A DNA stretch of 64,000 bases from Eledone cirrhosa (lineage: Eukaryota). Positions within the stretch are counted from its first letter, which is position 1, and every line of letters starts with the position of its first letter. The notes beneath the pieces were generated by a model that was not told the DNA's origin, did no database searches, and worked only from the letters and a program-made list of their open reading frames with translations. Where the stretch lies: NCBI GenBank assembly GCA_964016885.1, contig OZ024743.1, positions 247,256,001-247,320,000 on the forward strand, read 5' to 3'. Positions 13,473-24,474 of this stretch are shown piece after piece. Position numbers and translations under genes: made by a program.

Positions 13473-15727
13473 CTAAAAAATATACCAAAATTGTGTGTGA
13501 AAAGTCTGCAAGAGATAGCAAAAATGTATACATTCAGGTAGACATCTGCATCAGGATGTTGTAATAAAGATTGATAAATAACATCATTATTATATCAATG
13601 CAATATAGTATATATCACTAAAATATGAGTAATTGTAATTAAAAAATTTGCAATACAATAGACATGCACCATTTTCAATTTACAAAAATTATGTCATTTA
13701 CTTCTCAGTAAAATTTTCAAAAGAGCATTTAACTGAATAACTTTTGAAAGGTAAGATAACTTTCATAATAAACAAATTCATGACATTAAAAGAATAAATA
13801 ATTGCTCCTAACATTATTATGTAAAAAATATATAAATATTCCTGATTTTTATTCCTTACATCTTCAGATATTTGAAACATGGTCCACTTTTCCTAAGCAC
13901 ACAGGCTTTTTTGTATGAAAATAAACATCAATAAATATCAATCACTATAACTACAATATATTATGATTATTTTATCAACTTGGGCAAGATTAAATTAAGA
14001 TAAAGTCTGTCAAAGGCTCATCAGACTAGTGCTTATTTCAATTTCATTGGGGTTAAGTTATTAAAAGTAAGACTTCTGGTCAGATGGAGCACTAGTCCAA
14101 TACAGGATTATCCCCAAGCTCCTGTGAATACTAATTGTTTTTAACTGAGTGGGTTGATGCAACATAAAATGAATAGTCTCGCACTGCCTCATCTGGGAAT
14201 CAAAACCATGACCATACAATTGTGAGTCAAACACTTTAACCAATAGGCCATGAACCTTCACAACTCAGGCAAGATGAGAAAAATTCAGTGAGATTTGAAC
14301 TTAAAAATGCGAAACACAAAACTAAATACAGTAAAACCTCAAATTTAGCTGTCTACTTTGTTTTAAGAAAAATGTTAAATCTTAAAATTGATACTAAATT
14401 TAACTCTGACATTAAGTACACTAATTAAATATAAACTTGAAAAGCAGGTTTATTACTGCGTTTAATGCAAGTATTTCACTTGAAAAGATGTTTTGGCATA
14501 AAAAGAGTTAAAATATATAAAATATAATTCTCATAACATATTTTATGTTATAACATTAGTTTCAAATATTAATACAAACATCAATTAAAATTACAGACAA
14601 ACTCCTTATGAGAATATAAATGATTACATGAATTTTCTGAAGATCTCCGTGAGATGTGGTTAAATTTAATAATTTAATGCTTGACACATATTTTAATTAT
14701 AGAATACTGTCAAAGCTACAATATTTCTACCAACAAAACTGTAAATTCAATTTTATTTAAATAGAATGATATATGATGATATTTGCCACAAGATCACACA
14801 AAAAAGTAAAAATACAAAACAAAACAATAAAAAACAGGTGTTAAAAAAATTTCATACAAATAAATAAATAGATGAGAATACTCCAAAACTCAATGCCCTC
14901 ATTTCAAGACAAACACCTTCTCCCTGCTCAAGTTTGGAAATGACAGAGAGAGAATTTATTCCTAACATCAAACCTGCTTCTCATACCTACCTTTCATTAT
15001 CCAACATCAAATTTCTCTCTATCTCTCTCCACTCTCACATATATATATGATACACATCATGATACTCAAAAAAGATAACATTTTCACAAAAGTTATGATA
15101 ACAACGAAAAAAAAGATGAAATTTACAGTTCAAATCTATTGCAGGTTTAACTAGCTTCTAACAAGGTTGCTTCTCAGAGGTTTCTTGGAAATTTTAATAG
15201 GGGACTCCAGACCTATCATGAAACAAGTCCCCTCTGGACTTCATGCTATTCTGTTGTAGAGATTAGTTTTGTTTTTCTTTTAAATGGAATAGGGCAAGAC
15301 ACAACTTGCCGTTCAGTCCAGGAATCAAACCTTATGATTGTGAGTCTAACATCCTAACCACCAGGCCATGCACCTTCATAGTAACAACTATGTATTTATG
15401 ATTACAAATAAACTGCTTCTTTTCTTTGTTTGTATGTATGTATGAGTGTTCCTTTTTTTGGTGGGGACACTAATTATAATTAAATATAGCAGAAATGAAA
15501 GACATGTCATATAGAAGAGACTAGCAGAATGGCCCGGCGTTGCTCGGGATTTGTTCTAGGGTTCTTATATATTTGATATATATTTATCCTTATCGAGCCT
15601 CGTGAAATAAATACGTTTGTTTATATGTATATATAGTGTATTTTGCAATACACTGTATGCTTAATTAAAAGCATTTCGAAGACCTTACGCTATTGTTTTA
15701 GAGTAGTGACAGTCTCACTTACTTTAA

Positions 15728-15822
15728 ATTTTCAGCAAACAGGGGAGATAAAGCTGACAGAGCTCTGTTTCGTACTTATTGGTACTTATCAAGGCTAAGT
15801 ACTCCACCTGTTTTCTGAAAAT
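15728..15822 (-). ncRNA. Second copy of the same type I hammerhead ribozyme (sense to the host pre-mRNA)
   Basis: Reverse complement of 16081-16175 apart from loop II (caataa vs caatta) and agcc instead of agct at the base of stem I, which gives a C-A mismatch. Predicted cleavage is between 15756 and 15755. Confidence 0.85.
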
Positions 15823-16080
15823 CATGAATGTTTGATTCTTATAGAATTCTAGTAATAATCAGGAATTGACTATACAGAGCGGTTGCCAGTCAAGCAGAAA
15901 TTGAAAATTAGAATTGGTGCTCTGAAATAGCGATATGTATATGAATGTATATATAGTGTATTTTGCAATACACTGTATGCTTGCACCAATTCTAATTTTC
16001 AATTTCTGCTTGACCGGCAACCGCTCTGTATAATCAGTTCCTGATTATTACTAGAATTCTATAAGAATCAAACATTCATG

Positions 16081-16175
16081 ATTTTCAGAAAACAGGTGGA
16101 GTACTTAGCTTTGATAAGTACCAATTAGTACGAAACAGAGCTCTGTCAGCTTTATCTCCCCTGTTTGCTGAAAAT
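16081..16175 (+). ncRNA. Type I hammerhead ribozyme with U3-A8 core variant
   Basis: Stem I: attttcag-a-aaacagg-t-ggag-(tactt)-agct pairs with agct-(ttat)-ctcc-cctgttt-g-ctgaaaat. Core TTGATAA at 16111-16117. Stem II gtac-caatta-gtac. GAAA at 16132-16135. Stem III cag-agct-ctg. GTC cleavage triplet ends at 16147. Confidence 0.88.
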
Positions 16176-16368
16176 TTAAAGTAAGTGAGACTGTCACTAC
16201 TCTAAAACAATAGCGTAAGGTCTTCGAAATGCTTTTAATTAAGCATACAGTGTATTGCAAAATACACTATATATACATTCATATATATATCGCTATTTCA
16301 GAGCACCAATTCTAACGTTTGTTTATATTTTGTTATTGTGTATGCAAAAATATCTGTACACGAATAAA

Positions 16369-16412
<44 letters not shown>

Positions 16413-16525
16413 TAACAGATTAAAGTTTAAGCAAAGAATCGCTGCTTTCTCCCTTAACGAGATCTTTTGAAACTAAAAAAAATCAATCTGTGAATGCAGA
16501 AGTAAATATTTCGAAAAACGTTATA

Positions 16526-16569
<44 letters not shown>

Positions 16570-19500
16570 TATATATACATATATATACACACACACACAC
16601 ACACATATAGTGTCATAATGTAATGCAGACAGCCAGACATACAGAGATATTATAAGGGTGCAACGTTATATCTATGTATCTATCTAAAAAGAAAGACTAG
16701 ATATAGAGGGATGGCTAATGACTATGCCGACTCCCTAGGGAACTTCGAAACCTCTGCCAACCGATTGTTTTCATCTTTACACATGTAATACTTAAGTATT
16801 ACATGTGTAAAGATTGAAAACAATCGGTTGGGTGGTTCTCGAGTTTTAGGGAGTCGGACAGACAGACATTCTCTGTTTTAGATATATAGATATATATGTC
16901 AAACAGAATTGAGCAAAAAGTCAAAGGAACTATACTAACTTAGCTTATGAACTGAAATAACTGTGTATGAGGGGGGGGGGGGAGTGCAAGACTACTGACT
17001 ACAATTAAAAATTCAATTACAGATATTTTGCACTATTCATTGTCACAGACTACATAGTTGACAGATTCCATTTTTACTTAATGATTGTGTAATAGTAGTT
17101 GAACAACTAGTTTGCCAAACTGTCTGAAACTGCTCCTTGTTTTTCAATACAAACTGTTTGCTTTAATGTGTTTACATTTATCTAAAAAAATTTCCATTGA
17201 AATTTTTTATAATAATTTTTGTTAAGTTATGTTCCAAAACAAGCTTAACTATAAGGAAGTCATTTTACTAAATCTCTCAAAATTACTTGAAATTTCATAG
17301 GCAGTGTCTTTCATTAGAAATATGATAATGAAAGGATTAAATATATAATTGTTCCAGTAATTTAACAAAAAAAAAAAAATTTGATCCACATATTCTCGCA
17401 TAGAAAAATAATAAGGCCAACAATTTAAGGAAAGAGGAAAAGTCATTTAAATCGATCTTCAGTACTTGACTGGTTCTTATTTTATTGACTCCTGAAGGAT
17501 GAGAGGCAAAGTTGACCAAAGCTGAATGATTTCTAATTTAAGCATAAGGTCAGAAATTGGGGAGGAAGCAATTATATTGACCCTGATACTTGAATGGTAC
17601 TTTATGTTATTGCCCTTGAAAGGATGAAAGGCAAAGTTGACCTTGGAAGTATTTAAACTCAGGAAGTTAAGAACCAGAACAAATACCACAAAACATGTTG
17701 ATGTACTAACAATTCTGCCAATCTATCACTCTGTAAATATGTAATAATTATTTCTAACTGAGAAATCCTAAAGCCGCAAATGTTGGGAGAAGGAACAGTC
17801 AACAAAATTGCTCTCAGTATTTCATCAACTGCAAAATCTAAATTGACTCCAGGAGGCTTTGAAAGTAAAGTAACATAGCCAAATCTTCTCATGGGCCCCT
17901 TCAATCAGGACTGAACATGGGTTTGCACCTGAAAAGTCCCTCACCATGGTGCAAGCCTGAGCAAAGTGCTTTGCGAAAAACCATGCATGCCATTTACCCA
18001 TCTCCGCAACTCATTTTTTTCCAGCTGAATTGAACTTTTGACCTTGTGATTGTATGCCCAACACACTAACCACTAAGTCAAACACCTTCAAGCATAGCTA
18101 AATACTGTGTGGTATTTAGACCACACACTACTGTTTCTTATCAGATTCTCTGCTGAACAGCTAATTAGGTATAAAGGCAAAACTCATTAAAAAAAACAAA
18201 AGACATGTTCCAGATTTTCAGCCAGACACTCATCATTGGCATTTGGCAAAGAAATAAAGAAAAACTCCTTGTTTTTACTGATGTAATTTTTAACATGATT
18301 TACTGTTCTGTAAAAAATAAATGATAATGATTTCTTGAATTGGCACAAAGCCACAAGTTTGTAGAAAAGAGGTGTATTCAATTGATTATTATTATTATTA
18401 TTGTTGTTTCTTCGTTCAGCTTCTAACACTGGAGATGTATTACAATGCCAGCTGTTCTCTACCAGTGAACTGAGGTAACACCCCTTAATTTTGATTGTTA
18501 TTATTATTATTATATAGGTGATTGATTAGCAGAATGCCAGAGTAAATACCTTGTAGCATGCAATTGCATATCATATTCATAATTCAAATCCAACAGCAGT
18601 TGCCTTTCTTTTTTTACACCTCTTTTGTCAATAAAATGAGTGCCAGTCAATTATAGGAGTCAATTTAATGCCCTGTGTCTCTTCCTATAACTGTTTGGTC
18701 TTGTATTAAAATTAGAAATCATTATTATATTACGGGGTTGATAAAATAAAGTACCAGTAATACACTGGAATAATTGCTGGCCTTGTGCCAAAAGTAGAAA
18801 CAATTATTATATTACTAATACATCTTTATGAAACTGGTAGAATGAAAAGCAAAGGTAAATCTAGCCAGATTTATACTCAGAATGTAAAAAGATGTAACCA
18901 AATATTGCAAGGCCTTCTGTCTAGCATTTTACTTTTCCTACCAATTCTCTCTCTCTCTCTCATTTTGCTAACCTATTACTTTTCTCCTTAATGACTTGAT
19001 GTTTGCTCTCTCTCTCTCAAAGAAATCAACTGTATTTTGACCTGGAGAGGGATGGACACAGCCAAGTTTAAAAGACTTCTGGACACTGCTACAACTCCAT
19101 GGACCACTTCACCACCCTAATACTTATAACAATAGTAACAAAACATCCATATATTTCAAGGATATCACATGTTTGACAAGGAAAGGAAAGGAACCAATCA
19201 TCAGATTAAAAGGAATCAATTGGTCCTTCCATAGTTGATACTATTGCCAGTTGAAACTCCTGGTAGAACAAGGCAGGATTTAAACTCAGATTGGACAGAA
19301 CCAGATCAGATACCGCATAGCACCCTTCCCGACTAACAATTCTGCCAATATACCATCCCAGGAGTACTCAACTCCAAAAGGATGTAAAGCAAAGTTGACC
19401 CCATCAACATTTGAGTTAGCATAAAAACCATGCTAAAAATAGAACATGTTCAGTGGTTTTGATTAAGTACTGACCTAATCTGTAACAACCCACCCAACCC

Positions 19501-19966
19501 ATGCCAGCAAGGAAAACAGATATATGATGATGATGATGATGATACTCTATGTCAGTGGTTCCCAAACTTATTTTGTCACAGGGCCCCTATATAATTTTCA
19601 AAAGGTCACAGAATCCATGCCTATATTTTACAAACAATCTTTGCCACCCTAATCTTAGTAAGACATGAAATAAAAAGTTGCTTTGGAGAGAGAATTTATA
19701 TATATATATTTTTTCAAATTTTATTAAGTCAACTTATTTCATGGAATCCCAGAATTTTTTCATGGCACCCACTTCGAGAAACATTGCTCTATACAAATAT
19801 ATCAAAATATTTTCTTAAACAAGAGTTTATAAGTAGTAAGTTTCTTTTTAAGTACATCCCTGTTTTTTATTTCATTGAAGTAGACAGAAGGATATTACTA
19901 AGATACTAAAGCCTTTTAAAGGAACTGCTTAAAAAAAATGTTAGTGATAAGCCAACAAGTCAACGT

Positions 19967-20789
<823 letters not shown>

Positions 20790-21169
20790 GTAGGATTTGT
20801 TTGTGAGCTTGTATGTGAATATTTATGTGAATATGTATACACACATACATACAATATGCCACCTCATCATGCATCACAAACATTATTTGTAAGAATCAAC
20901 ATTTTCAAATTTGTCCTACTACATAATCCATTTTTCTACCTATCACAAATACCTTCCCACTCATACATCAAAGTCAATGCAAGCATTTATTATACCTTTA
21001 AAAGCTACATGATATTTTTTAGTTATATCTGTTAATAACTAGTACATTATTCATGTTCACATACGTCCAATCAAACCTAATCTTCAAAGTCAGTCATACA
21101 GGTACCCTACAAAAAGTCCAGTCTATTTTCCTGTTTTCATATTTTTGTTTATAACTTTACTATTCTGTT

Positions 21170-21360
21170 TATTTGATTGGATGCCTCCAGATGTTTCCTG
21201 AGTCTCCAAGCAGTGGAGCCATCCAATGGAACTGATTCCAGAGTGGTATAGAGAAGCTTCTGTTAAGTAATGACTTCCAGAGGACACTAAAGACATGAAG
21301 AACAGCTAATATTTTTGCAAGATAAATTTTTACATCCTTTTCTGAGGGTGCAGTGTCATT
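21170..21360 (-). mobile_element. Degenerate RTE-group RT/thumb fragment
   Basis: SEKDVKIYLAKILAVLHVFSVLWKS resembles the post-YLG helix (EKDV.IR.AKAW..L...WKS). Confidence 0.5.
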
Positions 21361-21549
21361 TAGAATGAGATAGAGAGAAAAACGTGCATTTTGCAAGGCA
21401 TTGCTGGAGATCAATGCAATAACTCATTAGTGATATACTTTTATACATACCACAACACTGATATACACAGATCAGTTGTCCAGCAAAAACCTTCATCGAC
21501 CAGTTCTGTACAGACAGGCAATGTTGCCCTACTGACATCCTAAATATTA

Positions 21550-21742
21550 CAAGTTCAAAGAAGCAATCAGGGAGATGAAAAATGGAAAAGCAGCTGTACC
21601 ATCAGAGACAGTCACTGCAATACTAAAAATCATCTGGTAAAATAGGAGTCAAAATAGTCAATCAGGTAATACATGATGTTGCCATACCCAGTAACTAGTT
21701 TAACACTATAATTATTGTTACAAGGCAAAAGGTGATGCACTC
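21550..21742 (+). mobile_element. RTE internal fragment
   Basis: Homologous to 47635-47840 (VQEAIREMKN.KAA...CYKGKGDAL). Confidence 0.75.
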
Positions 21743-21857
21743 AAGTCAATTTCATGCATAGGTTGCACCTATGATCAAACAATTGGAACACTCATTGTTA
21801 AAACTGACAGAGGTCCATTCCATATGCATGTGTGTGTGTATGTATGTGTATGTATAT

Positions 21858-22392
21858 ATCATTGTCATCTTTTTTCCATGCTTGCATGGGTTGAGCGGGT
21901 CCTTTTCAGCACAGCATCCTTCCACTTGCCGCTTTCCTTTGTCATCTCTTCTGTGAGTGTCAGCGATTTGAGATCTCTCGCCACCTCTGTCCAGGTCTTC
22001 CTTGGTCTACCTCTAATGCCGCTTCCCTCCACTGGGATTTCTTGGCACTTGTTCACCCAGTGATCATCATCCATGCACATCATATACCCGTACCAACACA
22101 GTCTTCTCTCTTGCATACCACTTCAGATTCCTTTTAAACTCAGTTTTTTCCTCAGTATATCCAAGCTCTGCCTTCCTCTCACATTTACATTGCACATCCA
22201 ATGAAGCATGGTTGCTTCATTTCTCTCCAGTCTAGGCATGTCCACAGCAGTCACTGCCCATATTTCACTACCTTGCAACATCGCACTTCACATAAAGGCA
22301 TCATATAGTCATCCTTTTGTACGTAGGGAAAAACCTTTGTTGTCTACATTGGATGTAGCTCTAAACTTCTTCCATCCTATCCTTATTCTAGC
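21858..22392 (-). mobile_element. RTE 3' fragment
   Basis: ORF 21865-22116 reads QERRLCWYG...GRPRKTWTEV...KRTRSTHASMEKR and is homologous to 48770-49300. Confidence 0.9.
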
Positions 22393-22764
22393 TAAAAGAA
22401 AAAGTTTGTAAAAATTTTGTAGCAATACCAATGGGAGTGATTCTCATTCTTTTTTTAAATGTTCTTTATGCTGGTCTAAGATTGTGCCGATGTGGGTAAG
22501 GCACACATGAACTATTGGAATTTTAATCCAGAGGACCAGTTTCAATGTCATGTTTGTCAATAAACCAGCAAATCTCATGAAGGATTGAAGCAGCTCTTAA
22601 ACATTCATAACAAACAAGCAGAAAATGGTGCAATTATAGGTACAAGAAGAGGTCAATCGCGGCTAGAAGTAAACAATCACTGCATGTGTGAGTGAGTGAA
22701 TGTACATACATATATATCTCTGATGAAGGATATTAATGCTCAAACGTTGTCGGCATTGACACAA

Positions 22765-23306
22765 TCTAAACTATAATAAAGGAAGGTCTGCAGGACTATG
22801 TACGGTTTTTTTTTTTTTTTATTCCGTTAGTAAAATAAGTTGGATTACTTTGAATAAATAATGAATGAATATTACATAATTTATCTATTAAATTTCGTAA
22901 ACAAAAATAATTTCGTAAAAATAAATAATTTAAAATTGACTTCTTTTCAAAGTTGCACTTCCGGTATATCGTTGCCACCACTTCAACTACCATATATATA
23001 GAAAGAGAGAGTGTGTGATGTCAACACTTCCGGTGGCAATCACTTAAATAAACATACTAATTTTCTGTCACTAATTTTCTCCTAATGCAGTTTATATATA
23101 ATATCGTCTATTTTTAATGTATCATGGATTACGTTACTGATTACATAAGACAATGTAACAACATCTTCGTTCAATTTCTGTTTATGTTGTCAATTATGAT
23201 TTTATTTGATGTATCATATCTACATGTATATATACTTGCGTATAATATCAATATACACACTACACATGCTAGCAGAAAACCACCCGAAGGGTGGTTTTTC
23301 TGCTAG
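22765..23306 (+). mobile_element. Non-autonomous Helitron, different family
   Basis: A|TCTAAACTATAATAAAG at 22765; 3' hairpin ccacc-cgaag-ggtgg followed by tttttctgCTAG|T at 23306. Confidence 0.7.
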
Positions 23307-23945
23307 TGGCAATAATATGGAAATGAAATCTTAATCAAAACCTAGATTCTTCAGAACATTTAATTCAATGTTCAATGTGCTGGGAACAGAATACATTTAC
23401 AATGTGAAACATTGAAACAGAAATAACAATACCCAGGAAAAAAACACATATATTGTATGGCATCTTGGGCAAGTGTCTTCTGTTATAGTCTCGAGCCAAC
23501 CAATGCCTTGTGAGTGAATTTGATAGATGAGAATTTTGTGAAAGCATAAAATTTGTATGTATGTGTGTGCATCTTCTCCAAAACACTTGTTGGGTTGGTG
23601 AATCTCTACTACCATACTGAAAATTATAAGTTAGCATCATGAAGGACATCCAACTGTAGAAATTTGCTATGGTGTGTGTGTGTACATACACATATATATA
23701 TATGAAAGAACTGAGTGAGAGAACATGTGAAAATCATCAGGTGACAAAATCTTACTGAATATAAGATTATATCAACAATAGACCCATTTAGTAGATATAG
23801 TGTTACTAATCTACTCTTATGTACACTTAAAGATATTTATCTGATATTCCTCAAAAGCTGAGTGAATATAAATATTTGAAATAAAAAATTTCTAATCAGA
23901 TATTGAGACATATAGAGACATATAAAACATTTGTGAAAATACATT

Positions 23946-24173
23946 TAACCCATTAGCATTTACATTACTCTATATATACTATTGTATTTTAATAGTAAAG
24001 GCTTAACCTCACATAATTATCTGACATAAAATCGAATCTATGAGATTTTGATATTATTTATTTCGAGAACAATACCTTAACATCAATATGAGTAGCAAGT
24101 TACAGCCGGTTTGAATAGAAAGAGGTGAGAGAATTCTGGCCTGATACAGCAGAATTAAATGCTAAAAGGTTAA
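23946..24173. mobile_element. Second piggyBac-type MITE family
   Basis: TTAA-cccattagcattt...aaatgctaaaagg-TTAA. Homologous copies at 5011-5215 (opposite orientation) and 37150-37346. Confidence 0.75.
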
Positions 24174-24474
24174 TACAATAAAATTGTATGTGATTGGGGT
24201 AGCAGCAACACCATTTTTTTAAATCTCAAGTCTTTATGAAAAGGGGATGCTAAGAATATGAGAGGAAGAGAGGGGGGGAACAGTAGGAGGTAATTTTTTT
24301 TTTTTTTTTTTTTTTTTTTGCAAATTAGGAATTGGTTTTACGAAAATAATTATAAATGAGAAAAATATTCAGTTTTGATAGTTTCACTTATTTGTTCAAT
24401 TATTTTGTATTGTATATATATAATTAAGTACTGTTTATATTATTTGTGTGTGTGTATATATATATATATATATA

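Larger units (their letters stand above)
15613..16328. mobile_element. Retrozyme-like insertion: two inverted, permuted copies of a 320-nt hammerhead-bearing monomer, flanked by a 14-bp target-site duplication
   Basis: Direct repeat acgtttgtttatat at 15613-15626 and 16315-16328. The left arm (15625-15982) has an internal period of 320 (atgtatatatagtgtattttgcaatacactgtatgctt at 15625 and 15945). The right arm (15983-16315) is the reverse complement in a different permutation. No ORF. Confidence 0.82.
15521..16890 (-). mobile_element. Non-autonomous Helitron hosting the retrozyme insertion
   Basis: The minus strand starts A|TCTATATATC and ends in hairpin cccgagcaacgccggg followed by CTAG|T (AT target, no TSD). 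It shares the gcagacagccagacatacaga and acagacagacat blocks with the copy at 55451-56036. Confidence 0.85.

Noticed and set aside
22715-22752. ctgatgaaggatattaatgctcaaacgttgtc as a minimal hammerhead
   Set aside because: CAAA replaces GAAA, stem II is mismatched and stem I is not supported. At most a dead Penelope-type remnant.
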